From contig CAYTQI010000001.1 in NCBI GenBank assembly GCA_964440235.1, forward strand, positions 31,444-95,443: a stretch of 64,000 nt of DNA, in the 5' to 3' direction. Source of the DNA: an uncultured Planctomycetia bacterium. GTDB taxonomy: Bacteria; Omnitrophota; Gorgyraeia; JABMRN01; RBG-13-46-9. The translations under genes and the position numbers were made by a program. Numbering within the stretch: the first letter of the stretch is position 1; each line of letters starts with the position of its first letter. The notes under the pieces were generated by a model that did not search any database, was not told the origin of the DNA, and saw only the letters and a list, made by a program, of their open reading frames with translations. Of this stretch, positions 37,287 to 47,474 are shown one piece after another.

Positions 37287-38198
37287 TCATAGTTTCCCCT
37301 TCGCAATCAAGCCTGCCATATCCTCAGGCAGCTCACTATCGAATTCCATGAACTTTTTCGTCGCCGGGTGAAAAAAGCCAAGTGTCTTCGCGTGAAGAGC
37401 CTGGCGATTTAATCCTTTCGGCGAACCGTACAATTTATCCCCGATAACAGGATGGCCTATGTGCGCCAGATGCACCCTGATCTGATGCGTCCTTCCCGTC
37501 CCGAGAAAAAGCTCCAGAACCGTAAAACCATCCATCCTCTCAAGGACCCTGTAATTGGTAATAGCGTTTTTTCTTTTTTCGCCGGCAAACGAAATGCCCA
37601 TTTTCGTCACGTCTTTTTTCTTCCTTGCGATAGGCGCCTCTATCCTGCCGTTGTCAAGCTGCACATAACCTTTTGCCAGCGCTATATAACGTCGCCTGGT
37701 TTTTCGATTCTTGAACTGGTTTGAGATATTAATGTGTGCGCGGTCATTTTTCGCAACCACCAGAAGCCCGGATGTTTCCTTGTCCAGCCGGTGGACAATC
37801 CCGGGCCTCAAAACCCCTCCTATGCCCGAGAGGTCCCCGCATCGGGCAATAAGCGCGTTAACCAGTGTCCCGGTAAATCGCCCCGGCGCCGGATGCGTAG
37901 CCATTCCCGCCGGTTTGTTGACAACAAGGATATCCGTATCTTCATAAACGATTTCAAGAGGGATATTTTCCGCTTGAATTTTTAACGCCTTGGGTTCCGG
38001 GATGCTTACATCCACATTTTCGCCCGCCAGGACCCTGTAATGGGCATTTTCACCGTCTCCGTTTACACGCACATTCTTTGAATCTATAAGTTTCCTGAGA
38101 AAAGTCCGTGAAAACCGCCCGCCAAACGCCTCAACCAGAAATCTGTCAAGCCTCTTGCCGGCATGTTTATCTTTCACAATAAGTTTTATCGTTTCCAT
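37287..38198 (-). CDS. rluD: RluA/RluD family pseudouridine synthase with S4 domain
   Basis: Motifs RLDRFL, VNKPAG, HRLDKETSG, GRTHQIR and RQALHA. Confidence 0.9.
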   Translation of the reverse strand: METIKLIVKDKHAGKRLDRFLVEAFGGRFSRTFLRKLIDSKNVRVNGDGENAHYRVLAGENVDVSIPEPKALKIQAENIPLEIVYEDTDILVVNKPAGMATHPAPGRFTGTLVNALIARCGDLSGIGGVLRPGIVHRLDKETSGLLVVAKNDRAHINISNQFKNRKTRRRYIALAKGYVQLDNGRIEAPIARKKKDVTKMGISFAGEKRKNAITNYRVLERMDGFTVLELFLGTGRTHQIRVHLAHIGHPVIGDKLYGSPKGLNRQALHAKTLGFFHPATKKFMEFDSELPEDMAGLIAKGKL

Positions 38199-38303
38199 TT
38201 TCCGGGTTTCCCGCGTTCAATCATATCCCGCGATAAATTCACGTAAAACACAAAATCTTTCCGTAATCGATCTACCGGGTTTGGCATCGGCAAAATTCCG
38301 TAT

Positions 38304-39233
38304 CTAACTATTCAAAAGCTCCAGGATTTTCAGATTTGCTTCTTCGTTTATAGCGGTTATCTCGGGATCTGAAAGTCCTTTGGCCGAAAAAACTTCCGGG
38401 TGATTCAAACGGGAAATTATCTTTTTAAATATACCCTTTACGATAATCGGAGAATAATCGCCTGTTATATCAGCACCCGTGATGTCCAGATTTTCTTTTA
38501 TGAGCCTCACCATCAAAAGTAATTCCTTCAGGGGGATCTTTCCCTCCTGCCAATTGGTCGCCGCCCACTCTTTTTTAAGACAATCTTTATCTATCGAAAC
38601 ATAAACGCGCCCGGGCGGAATCTTTTTAATGATACCGAGGAAAACGTTTTTCAAATTTTTCCCTTCAAGCGCATTCCATCGGATTTTTTTAAAAAACAGG
38701 CCTTTCCTGACGTTAACGGATGTGTTCGCCGGGATTTTCCTCAAAAAAACTACGGAAGGGACCTGCGCGTACGGATAAATCTCAACCCTGTCGTTTTCAA
38801 GAGAACCAAAATTTCCCGTTTGAACGGAAAAACTCGAGGGCCGGGTGGAACACACACCTATTATAACATGTTTCAGGACATTCCTGTTTTTAAGGGCCCT
38901 TGTAACCCATCCGCCGCATGACGCGCGAGGCGGAAAAATATTCCAATCCGGGTGAAAATCAAAATGGATAACGGAAACAGGCTCTTTAATTTCCTCTATC
39001 AGGATACCGCTTACCTGGTGGAAATCGCCCGATCCCAAAAATGTGACGGAATTTTTCGCGGAGCCGCGGATACGGTTTCTGATTTCCATTTCGCTTCTTT
39101 TATCCATCCAGAACCTGGCCCCCGGTCCGATATCTTTCAAGTGCACTATGTCTGTTTCATACTCGGAACACAGCTTCCGCTGACTTGTAACGCTATCATC
39201 AAAATTTAATATTCGAATCTGTTTATTTAGCAT
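38304..39233 (-). CDS. Arginase/ureohydrolase-fold metallohydrolase
   Basis: Metal-ligand-like motifs LGSGDFH, FDFHPD, SIDKDCL and GADITG. Confidence 0.7.
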   Translation of the reverse strand: MLNKQIRILNFDDSVTSQRKLCSEYETDIVHLKDIGPGARFWMDKRSEMEIRNRIRGSAKNSVTFLGSGDFHQVSGILIEEIKEPVSVIHFDFHPDWNIFPPRASCGGWVTRALKNRNVLKHVIIGVCSTRPSSFSVQTGNFGSLENDRVEIYPYAQVPSVVFLRKIPANTSVNVRKGLFFKKIRWNALEGKNLKNVFLGIIKKIPPGRVYVSIDKDCLKKEWAATNWQEGKIPLKELLLMVRLIKENLDITGADITGDYSPIIVKGIFKKIISRLNHPEVFSAKGLSDPEITAINEEANLKILELLNS

Positions 39234-39966
39234 TGCCTTTTCTTAAAAATACCAAAAGATACATACTTGCGGCAAAAATGAAAACGCATATAAACTGAGA
39301 AATGGTCAGGCCAAAAGCGTAGGTAGGATTATCGCCCCGCAAAAAATCGATTATAAACCGCTGGCCGCTGTAGAGCGAGAGATAAAGCGTGAATATCGTT
39401 CCCCGGGCATGCCGGCGTTCGCCGGCCAGTTTCAAAATCACAAATATGCAAACAAGCGCGAAAGAGGCGTAAAGCTGAGTCGGGTGCCGGTAAACCGCTT
39501 CACCCGGGAAAATAACACCCGGAAAAGGCCATACTGCCGGGCGGCCGAAACAACAGCCGTTAAAAAAACATCCTATCCTTCCTATCGCATGTCCAAGCGC
39601 CATGTAGGGAGCCGCAAAATCGGCGATTTTCCAGAACGGCAGCCTTTTCCTTGCGGTAAAAACAGCGCATGCCAGAATCGCCAGGCCAAACCCGCCGATA
39701 AAAGCGAGGCCGCCACGCCATATAAAAAATATGCTAACTGGATTTTTCGCGTAAAAATCAAGATTAACCAGAATATGCAACGCCCGCGCCCCGATAAGGC
39801 CAAAGGCAAGTATTAAAAATTCCAGGTCCAGTATTTGCTGGGGATAAAAATTTTCTTTTTTTGCTTCGAGGTATAGCAGGGAAAATGCCGTGAAAAACCC
39901 CACGGCTACTAAAACACCGTAGGAGCGTATGGTGAAGGGCCCTATTTCGAAAAATATGGGATGCAT
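39223..39966 (-). CDS. lgt: Prolipoprotein diacylglyceryl transferase
   Basis: Motifs RSYG, GGLAFIGG, GRIGCFFNGCCFG and HPTQLY. Confidence 0.95.
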   Translation of the reverse strand: MHPIFFEIGPFTIRSYGVLVAVGFFTAFSLLYLEAKKENFYPQQILDLEFLILAFGLIGARALHILVNLDFYAKNPVSIFFIWRGGLAFIGGFGLAILACAVFTARKRLPFWKIADFAAPYMALGHAIGRIGCFFNGCCFGRPAVWPFPGVIFPGEAVYRHPTQLYASFALVCIFVILKLAGERRHARGTIFTLYLSLYSGQRFIIDFLRGDNPTYAFGLTISQFICVFIFAASMYLLVFLRKGNAK

Positions 39967-40006
39967 GTAAAATTAAAAATAGAAATTCATGCCGTAAATG
40001 ATATTC

Positions 40007-40456
40007 TTACATTTTCCGGCTTTTGATTTTAAAAACGCTAATAATCAATAAAATCGCGCCGATCGTCACGGCGGAATCAGCGAGGTTAAACACCGGCCAT
40101 ATCCTGAAATCCAAAAAATCGATCACGTATCCGAATCGCAGCCTGTCTGCAAGGTTACCGAGAACCCCTCCCAGGATCAGCCCGAGCGCCATATCTCTCG
40201 GGAAAAACGGTTTTGACATTTTCCTTGCATACAGGGTAATCGCGCACACCGCGAAGATACCAACGGCTATGAAGAAAAACACCGCCCCTTTTAAAAGCCC
40301 GAAAGCCGCTCCGGTGTTTAGGATTAGGGTAAAATGAAAAATATTTTCCGCCACCGGAAGGGATTCGTCAATATTTAACGACCGTACTGCTATAAATTTA
40401 GAAAGCTGATCCAGGCCAAAAACAGCGGCCGTGACGGCCCAGAGCACTCTACTCAT
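40007..40456 (-). CDS. lspA: Lipoprotein signal peptidase II
   Basis: Motifs DQLSK, NTGAAFG, GNLADR, VIDF and FNLAD. Start refined to MSRVLW. Confidence 0.95.
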   Translation of the reverse strand: MSRVLWAVTAAVFGLDQLSKFIAVRSLNIDESLPVAENIFHFTLILNTGAAFGLLKGAVFFFIAVGIFAVCAITLYARKMSKPFFPRDMALGLILGGVLGNLADRLRFGYVIDFLDFRIWPVFNLADSAVTIGAILLIISVFKIKSRKM

Positions 40457-40856
40457 GGCGCCGGTTTTGTTTTTTCTCCATTTTTTCCTGGCACGAGCAG
40501 CAGCATGCGGCATGCGGTATGGCTTTAAGGCGGGCCATCGATATTCTCTTTTTGCATTCCTGGCAATAACCGTATCCGCCATCCTCTATCCTTCTCAACG
40601 CGTCGTCAATCTTGAAAAGAAGCTTACGCTCCCCCGCGGCAAGCTGAAGAAGAAAATCCCTTTCATAAACATCACTTGCCATGTCCGCCATATGATAGGA
40701 ATAGCCGGAAAGATCGCCGGATGCTTCGCGCTGAGATTTTTTTAGCGTCCCGTTAGTGATATGGTTAATTTCGTGTAATAGATTTATCTTTTCCTTAATC
40801 AGGAGGTTTTTGAAATTTTTTAGTTCCCTCCTGCCTATTTTGCCCCGTTTTGTCAT
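40449..40856 (-). CDS. TraR/DksA family C4 zinc-finger regulator
   Basis: HMADMASD coiled-coil tip and YGYCQEC...RLKAIP...CCSC. Confidence 0.9.
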   Translation of the reverse strand: MTKRGKIGRRELKNFKNLLIKEKINLLHEINHITNGTLKKSQREASGDLSGYSYHMADMASDVYERDFLLQLAAGERKLLFKIDDALRRIEDGGYGYCQECKKRISMARLKAIPHAACCCSCQEKMEKKQNRRHE

Positions 40857-43642
40857 TTTTTATTCTCCTTTTCTGATTTAACAGTGGCGGCGCATCTTTC
40901 GCAAATATCCGAAAATTCCCCGCATTTTCCGACACTTTCGCTAAAATTCCAGCATCGCGCGCATTTTTTGCCATCCGCTTTTTTTACTGATACCCAGAAA
41001 GGCATGCTTTCGGCCTTTCGTGAATCCTTCTCCTTCGTGTCCGAAACCTCAACCTGGGAAGTTATGAAAAGCGAGGGCAGGTGCCGGATATTTGCTTTCA
41101 GGAACTTTTTAAAATCATTCTTTTCACTGTATAAAATTATTTTCGCCTCAAGAGGGCTTCGTATTTCGCCCGCGGAACGTTTGGTTTCCAGCGCCTTTGT
41201 GACCTCTTCCCGTACTTTCAAAAGGGATTCCCATTTTTCGTCAAGCGCCTGATTTTTCCATTTCATCAAATCTTTATCCCACCGGGGCCAACGCTGGAGA
41301 TGTAAGGAATCCCCGGACGGAACAAGCTCCCGGTATGCCTCCTCCGCGGTAAAGGAAATTATAGGGGCCAGTATCATGAGGAGGGCTTTCAGTATCTCAT
41401 GCAAAACCGCCTGGCAGGAACGCCGTTCAGGCGATTTTTTTCCGAACGTATAAAGCCTGTCCTTTGAAATATCCAGATAAACGCTTGAAATCTCATACAC
41501 ACAGAAATTATATATGGAGCGAAATACCCTGTAAAACGCGTAATCAGAATAGTGTTTTTCCGCTTCCGTTACAACGCGCGCCAGGCGCGAAAGCATCCAG
41601 CGGTCGATTTCCGGCATATTTTTCGGTTCGGGCGAGTCGGTTTTACCGTTAAAGTCATAAACGTTGCCCAGGAGATACCTGAAGGTATTTCTTATCTTTC
41701 TGTACGCGTCGGCAAGACGCTGTAAAATTTCTTTTGAAAGCCTTATATCATCCTGGTAATTGCTTGAGGCAACCCAAAGCCTTAAAATATCTGCGCCGTA
41801 TTTTTGCATGATTTCTTCCGGGGAAATCACGTTGCCGAGCGATTTAGACATTTTTTTTCCTTCCCCGTCGACAAAGAAGCCGTGGGTAAGAACATTTCTG
41901 TACGGCGCTTTTTTTTCTATGGCGCACGAAATAATGAGCGACGACTGAAACCAACCCCTGTGCTGATCGGAGCCTTCAAGGTAAAGTTCGCATGGAAAAT
42001 CAAGGCCATTTGTTTTTTTCAGGACCTGTTCCCAGCTCACTCCAGATTCAAACCAAACGTCAATAATATCTTTTTCTTTCAAGAGATTTTTGGAACCGCA
42101 TTTCCCGCAACGCGCCCCCCGCCGCAGAAGCTCCTTTTCACTTTTGACGAACCACGCATCACAGCCCTCTTTCTCGATTATATCCGCAACATGTTCGATT
42201 ATTTCATGATCCAAAACGGCCTCTCCGCAGGTTTCGCACTTGAAAGCCACTATCGGAACGCCCCAGTATCTTTGCCTCGAAAGGCACCAATCGGGCCTAT
42301 CCGCGACCATTGCGGATATTCTGCCCCGGCCAAGGACAGGGTGCCATTCAACTTCTTTTTCAATCGCATCAAGCATTTTTTTACGTAAATTTTTATGGTC
42401 CACATCGAGAAAATACTGCTCTGTCGCCCTTGAAATAACAGGTTTTTTGCAACGCCAGCAATGCGGGTAGGAATGGGTAATATTTTCAGCCAGGATCAGC
42501 GCGTTATTTTTACTCAGGCGCTGAAGGATCTTGGGATTCGCTTCGTGCACGTTCATACCGCCGAATTCTCCGCATGTAACGTCAAAAACTCCCTTCGAAT
42601 TAACCGGCATGATTATAGGAAGCTCGTATTTTTTACCGGTCATGTAATCTTCCTGTCCGTGTCCGGGCGCGGTGTGAACACAGCCGGTTCCCTCTTCGTC
42701 GGAAACATAACCCGCGAGAACAACTTTTGAGTCCCTGTCAATAAAGGGATGGCGGCATGTCATGCCTTCCAACTCTTTTCCCTTCACCGTTTTTATTACC
42801 TTGGATGATTTTTTGAATTTTTGGAGCACGCTTCCTGAAAGCGCCTCAAGCATTATCCATTCCTCACCGTCTAAGTCGAGCATCACGTATTTTCTGTCGG
42901 GATGAACCGCTATCGCTACATTGCCAAGAAGCGTCCAGGGCGTCGTCGTCCATATTATAAAATACGTTTTTGTCTGCCGGGCGCCGGGCGCATCTTTTAC
43001 CTTAAATTTGACATATATCGAAGGTGACTTATGCTCCTCATACTCAACCTCAGCTTCCGCGAGCGCGGTTTCGCATGACGTGCACCAGTTTACCGGTTTG
43101 AGCCCCTTGTAAATATACCCCTCTTTCACAAGCCGGCCGAAAGAGCGCACGACCTCGGCTTCGTATTTCGCGTCCAGAGTCAAATAAGCTTTTTCCCAGT
43201 TACCGAAAATACCGAGCCGCTTGAATTCTTTTTTCTGTATCTCAACAAACTTTAAGGCGTATTCGCGCGCTTTTTTCCTGAACTTAACCTGGTCAATATC
43301 ATGTTTTGAAATCCCGAGTTCCTTAAAAAGCTGGTGTTCCACGGGAAGGCCGTGGCAATCCCATCCCGGTATGAACGGAGAATCAAATCCTTTCATGTTG
43401 TAATATTTTACTACGATATCCTTGAGCACTTTATTCAGTACATGCCCCATATGTATGTGGCCGTTGGCGTAAGGGGGGCCGTCATGCAGGATTCGCTTCT
43501 TCGCGCCGGCGGCCGCCTTCCTTATCGATCCGTAAATGTCCTCTTTATTCCAGGCCTCAAGCAGAGCCGGCTCTTTACGCACAAGGCCGGCCTTCATGCT
43601 AAAGTTTGTTTTTGGAAGATTCAACGTTTCCCTGTAACCCAT
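40853..43642 (-). CDS. ileS: Isoleucyl-tRNA synthetase (type 1)
   Basis: Motifs DGPPYANG-HMGH, WTTTPWT and KMSKS, plus a C-terminal CARCW...CERC Zn finger. Confidence 0.98.
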   Translation of the reverse strand: MGYRETLNLPKTNFSMKAGLVRKEPALLEAWNKEDIYGSIRKAAAGAKKRILHDGPPYANGHIHMGHVLNKVLKDIVVKYYNMKGFDSPFIPGWDCHGLPVEHQLFKELGISKHDIDQVKFRKKAREYALKFVEIQKKEFKRLGIFGNWEKAYLTLDAKYEAEVVRSFGRLVKEGYIYKGLKPVNWCTSCETALAEAEVEYEEHKSPSIYVKFKVKDAPGARQTKTYFIIWTTTPWTLLGNVAIAVHPDRKYVMLDLDGEEWIMLEALSGSVLQKFKKSSKVIKTVKGKELEGMTCRHPFIDRDSKVVLAGYVSDEEGTGCVHTAPGHGQEDYMTGKKYELPIIMPVNSKGVFDVTCGEFGGMNVHEANPKILQRLSKNNALILAENITHSYPHCWRCKKPVISRATEQYFLDVDHKNLRKKMLDAIEKEVEWHPVLGRGRISAMVADRPDWCLSRQRYWGVPIVAFKCETCGEAVLDHEIIEHVADIIEKEGCDAWFVKSEKELLRRGARCGKCGSKNLLKEKDIIDVWFESGVSWEQVLKKTNGLDFPCELYLEGSDQHRGWFQSSLIISCAIEKKAPYRNVLTHGFFVDGEGKKMSKSLGNVISPEEIMQKYGADILRLWVASSNYQDDIRLSKEILQRLADAYRKIRNTFRYLLGNVYDFNGKTDSPEPKNMPEIDRWMLSRLARVVTEAEKHYSDYAFYRVFRSIYNFCVYEISSVYLDISKDRLYTFGKKSPERRSCQAVLHEILKALLMILAPIISFTAEEAYRELVPSGDSLHLQRWPRWDKDLMKWKNQALDEKWESLLKVREEVTKALETKRSAGEIRSPLEAKIILYSEKNDFKKFLKANIRHLPSLFITSQVEVSDTKEKDSRKAESMPFWVSVKKADGKKCARCWNFSESVGKCGEFSDICERCAATVKSEKENKK

Positions 43643-43654
43643 ACCCGGTTCCTT

Positions 43655-44557
43655 TTAAAAATGTGTTATTTTTTTAAAATTTTCAATCCTGCGAGTAATG
43701 TCTTTTTTGCTGATGGCGCCCAGTCGCCGGAGGCTAAAATCTTCCACGGCAAATGTCGCCATTATTGTTCCGCGTACAATGGCTTTTCGCAAATTAGCGT
43801 CATTAACCGATTTCTGCCCGGCCAGATACCCCATGACACCGCCCGCGAACGTATCGCCGGCTCCGGTGGGATCAAAAATTGATTCCATCAGGTAAGCGGG
43901 CGTGCTGAAAATAGAATTCCCGGAAAAAAGAAGCGCTCCGTGTTCGCCTTTTTTTATAATAATTTTTTTCGGGCCCATTTTAAATACGCCCTTTGCCGCC
44001 TTTACGAGGCCCGGCTCGCCGGTAAGTTCTTTTGCCTCGGTTTCATTCAGAAAAAAAAGATCAATTTTTCTAAGGAGCCTCAGCAGCTCCCTGCGCTTGT
44101 TCTCTATCCAGTAATTCATGGTGTCACATGCGACCAGGGCCGGATTTTTGATCTGAGCCAGGACCTTATTCTGCAAGCGCGGATCGATATTGGCCAGGAA
44201 AACATATTCGCTTCTTTTATATTCTTCGGGTATGACAGGATTGAAATCCGCCAGTACGTTAAGATGCGTGGCTATCGTGCGCGGGTTACTGAAGTCCCAG
44301 CCGTATTCCCCCTCCCATCTGAACGTTTTCCCTTTTTTTATTTCCAGGCCTTCGAGAGCGATTTTCTTTTTCCTTAAGAAACGTACGTGCCTTTTCGGGA
44401 AATCCTTTCCGACCACAGCAACCAGGTTTACGCGGGGTTCGAAAAATTTCGCGCTTACGGAAAAATATGTGGCGGAACCGCCAAGAACTTCCCCGCATTT
44501 GCCAAAAGGCGTTTTTACGGTATCAAGTGCCACCGAACCCACAACCAGGATACTCAT
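43655..44557 (-). CDS. PfkB family carbohydrate/nucleoside kinase
   Basis: Motifs GGSATYF and DPTGAGDTFAGG. Confidence 0.9.
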   Translation of the reverse strand: MSILVVGSVALDTVKTPFGKCGEVLGGSATYFSVSAKFFEPRVNLVAVVGKDFPKRHVRFLRKKKIALEGLEIKKGKTFRWEGEYGWDFSNPRTIATHLNVLADFNPVIPEEYKRSEYVFLANIDPRLQNKVLAQIKNPALVACDTMNYWIENKRRELLRLLRKIDLFFLNETEAKELTGEPGLVKAAKGVFKMGPKKIIIKKGEHGALLFSGNSIFSTPAYLMESIFDPTGAGDTFAGGVMGYLAGQKSVNDANLRKAIVRGTIMATFAVEDFSLRRLGAISKKDITRRIENFKKITHF

Positions 44558-45414
44558 TTCATATGCCTTCCCATTATGAGCGCCAGTTTCTTTTTGGTAT
44601 GGACCGGTACCTTTTTCAGATCGGTTATGACAGCGTATTTAAGGGCGTCTTTGCAGGCGCATGAGCGTGCCCCGTCAAGCCGGCCAATCATGTTTTTCAA
44701 TATTTTTTTCGCGTTTGTTACGTTTTTACCGAGGTTTTCCATGATCATTTCCACCGTGACAGAATCCGCCGTCTCGTGCCAGCAGTCATAATCCGTAACC
44801 GCGGCCAGGGATACGTAGCACATTTCCGCTTCCCGCGCAAGGCGCGCTTCCGTCATGTTGGTCATCCCTATTATGTCCATCCCCCACTTCCGGTAAAGGT
44901 TTGACTCGGCCAGAGTGGAAAACTGCGGGCCCTCCATATTTAGATATGTACCGCCAAGGTGAGCGGCAATGCCGCTGTCTCTCGCGGAATCATACGCTAT
45001 TTTAGCTAGATCTTCGCAAACAGGATGCGCGAAACTTATGTGCGCCACAATTCCGTCTTCAAAAAACGTATTCTGCCTGGAGCTATTTGTCCTGTCCACG
45101 AACTGAAGGGGAATAACAAAATGCATGGGCGCAAGCTCCTCCCGCAGAGAACCGCAGGCGGTAACGGAAATAACGCGCTCGACACCCAGCTCTTTCATCC
45201 CGTAAATGTTCGCCCGGTAATTTATCCCGCTCGGGTTTATGCTATGTCCCACGCCGTGCCTGGGCAAAAAAACCACATCCTTCCCCTCCAGGCGCCCCAA
45301 AACAAACTCGCCGGAAGGCCTCCCAAAAGGCGTATTTATCCGTTTTTTCTCTTTTATCTCCATGCCCTCGATCTTGTATAAACCGCTTCCGCCAATCACT
45401 CCTATTCTTGCCAT
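44554..45414 (-). CDS. mtnP: S-methyl-5'-thioadenosine phosphorylase
   Basis: Motifs IGGSG, RHG, EGPQFSTLAES and TDYDCW. Confidence 0.93.
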   Translation of the reverse strand: MARIGVIGGSGLYKIEGMEIKEKKRINTPFGRPSGEFVLGRLEGKDVVFLPRHGVGHSINPSGINYRANIYGMKELGVERVISVTACGSLREELAPMHFVIPLQFVDRTNSSRQNTFFEDGIVAHISFAHPVCEDLAKIAYDSARDSGIAAHLGGTYLNMEGPQFSTLAESNLYRKWGMDIIGMTNMTEARLAREAEMCYVSLAAVTDYDCWHETADSVTVEMIMENLGKNVTNAKKILKNMIGRLDGARSCACKDALKYAVITDLKKVPVHTKKKLALIMGRHMK

Positions 45415-45483
45415 ATGAGTCCTTCCTCTTGATCAATTTAATCCGGCCGGCCATGTTCAGCCGCCCCGTTTAAATTTTATTTA

Positions 45484-45783
45484 TTATCTCAGGCGAACCG
45501 CGAGGGTCAATAAACTGTTTACGACAAATAATCTGATAAACCACAGAAGAAGTATCGCGATTACCGGGGAAATGTCTATCCCTATGTTGCCGATCGGGAT
45601 AAGCCTCCTTAGCGGCGCAAGCATCGGCTCTGTTATCCTGTGCAGGATCTGCACGATCATATTATACGGATCAGGATTAACCCAACTGATGAGCGCCCTG
45701 ATGATTATTACCCAGGTAAGTATAGTGATCAGATATTGAAGAATAACGGCCAGGGCCAATATAAGATTTCCCAAGACAAACAT
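45484..45783 (-). CDS. yggT: YggT family membrane protein
   Basis: ISWVNPDPYN...TEPML...IDISP. Confidence 0.93.
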   Translation of the reverse strand: MFVLGNLILALAVILQYLITILTWVIIIRALISWVNPDPYNMIVQILHRITEPMLAPLRRLIPIGNIGIDISPVIAILLLWFIRLFVVNSLLTLAVRLR

Positions 45784-45787
45784 ATTT

Positions 45788-46585
45788 TTACGCCTCCTTC
45801 GAAAGTTTCAGGGACCTTCGCGCGGCGGCCTGCGCCGCTTCAAACACTATTTTTTCAAATTCTCTAGTTTTAAAAACCTTAAGCGCCGCCTCCGTTACCC
45901 CTTTTTTTGAGGTTATGCGTTTTCTTAGGGCTTTAGGCGCTTGAGACAGGTTTTCCAGAAGCGCCCCGCTTCCGGCCAGGGTCGCGCTCGTAAGTTTTGA
46001 GGCAAGCTCTTTTTTTATTCCCATTTTAATCGCCGCCGCCTCAAGCCCCTCAGCCAGATAATAAAAATAAGCTAATCCGCTTCCGCTTATCGCGGTTATC
46101 GCGTCCATTTTTTTTTCGCTCGCATCGACTACTTCACCGACGGAAGCGAAAATCCTTCGCACCTCCGCCTCGTTTTTCACCATTCTGTTATGACTTAAAA
46201 CGGTTATGCCTTTTCCGGCCATCGCGGCCATATTTGGCATAGCGCGTGTTACGGCAATTTTCATTTTTATAAGCGCCTCTATGCGCGCTATAGTAACGCC
46301 GGCCATGATCGAAACTAGGTGCTTGGAGCTGTCGAGATTGCCTGAAATGGAAAGCAATAACGCCCTGGAATCCTGCGGCTTGACAGCGATAATAATAATG
46401 CCGCACTTTTTAGCAACCTCTTCCGCGGTGCCGACGCGGATGCCGAATTTTTTATGAAGGGCCCGGGTCCTGGATGAATCTTTATCGCTTACGTAAATAT
46501 TGCCGAATGATAATACCCTCGCTGATAGAGCGCCGCTGGCAATGGCGCTTCCCATATTTCCGCAGCCAATTATACCCAGTCTCAT
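45788..46585 (-). CDS. proC: Pyrroline-5-carboxylate reductase
   Basis: Motifs GCGNMG, AVKPQ, RAMPN and TAISGSG. Confidence 0.94.
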   Translation of the reverse strand: MRLGIIGCGNMGSAIASGALSARVLSFGNIYVSDKDSSRTRALHKKFGIRVGTAEEVAKKCGIIIIAVKPQDSRALLLSISGNLDSSKHLVSIMAGVTIARIEALIKMKIAVTRAMPNMAAMAGKGITVLSHNRMVKNEAEVRRIFASVGEVVDASEKKMDAITAISGSGLAYFYYLAEGLEAAAIKMGIKKELASKLTSATLAGSGALLENLSQAPKALRKRITSKKGVTEAALKVFKTREFEKIVFEAAQAAARRSLKLSKEA

Positions 46586-46632
46586 AGTGTTCTCCGTTCT
46601 ACCTGTTTAACGCGGGATTCTTAGGTTTTACT

Positions 46633-47307
46633 TTATTTCCCGATGCTAGGCGCCGTTTGAAAAATCGCGGAGCCCACCCGAACCATCGTAGCGCCCTCTT
46701 CCACAGCCACTTCAAAGTCCTGTGTCATGCCCATTGAAAGCTCCGTAAGGCCACAGGTATCCCTTAATTCCCTTAATCTCCTGAAGTAAGGGCGCGCTGT
46801 TTCGGCATCTTCGGTAAAAGGCGCCATTGTCATAAGGCCGAGTGGATTCACGTGTTTCAATGCCCGGATCTCGCCAAGAAAATTTTCAAGCGACTCGGGC
46901 TTGATGCCGAATTTACTTTTTTCGCCTGATACATTAACCTCAATCATGATGTCCTGAACTTTGCGGATCTTTTTGGCCTGTTTTTCTATCACACCGGCCA
47001 GTTTAACGCTATCCAGGGAATGAATAATTGAAAACATTTTCACGGCGTCCCCTGCCTTGTTGCTCTGAAGATGCCCTATCATGTGCCAGGACAGAATATG
47101 GCTGTCAAGCATTTCCTTTTTTAAACGGGCGTCGTTTACGCGGTTTTCACCGATATCCTTAACGCCCAGGGCGATTGCCTCTTTGATCTGCTCGAGGCCG
47201 GCTTCTTTCGTAACCGCTATAAGTTTCACGCTTTCCGGGCCGCGGCCCGCCCTGTTAGCGGCCTGCGCTATTCTTTTCCTGACATGCGCGAGATTGTCTT
47301 TTACCAT
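46633..47307 (-). CDS. yggS: PLP homeostasis protein YggS
   Basis: Motifs AVTK, GEN, WHMIGHLQSNK, LSMGM and VRVGSAIF. Start refined to ATG 47307. Confidence 0.95.
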   Translation of the reverse strand: MVKDNLAHVRKRIAQAANRAGRGPESVKLIAVTKEAGLEQIKEAIALGVKDIGENRVNDARLKKEMLDSHILSWHMIGHLQSNKAGDAVKMFSIIHSLDSVKLAGVIEKQAKKIRKVQDIMIEVNVSGEKSKFGIKPESLENFLGEIRALKHVNPLGLMTMAPFTEDAETARPYFRRLRELRDTCGLTELSMGMTQDFEVAVEEGATMVRVGSAIFQTAPSIGK

Positions 47308-47392
47308 TTTTTCACCATAGAGAATCCGAAAACATCTCCTAAGACTCGCCGGTGCCGCGAAACCCCCTGCCAAGGCCATCTTCATTCGGGAT

Positions 47393-47421
47393 AGCGTAGC
47401 ACATAAGCCACACACTGTCAA
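47393..47421 (-). promoter_or_regulatory. Sigma70-type promoter upstream of yggS
   Basis: TTGACA-17 nt-TACGCT, with TGTGC before the -10. Confidence 0.65.
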
Positions 47422-47474
47422 ATAAAAATGCGGGCGCTGTTTTAACCTGCGGGGACATACAGAATCAGGCAAAC

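Noticed and set aside
47308-47474. N-terminal extension of YggS in the ORF track, or an ftsZ pseudogene remnant
   Set aside because: The extension spans a clear promoter and has no YggS similarity. No FtsZ motifs (e.g. GGGTGTG) are recognisable.
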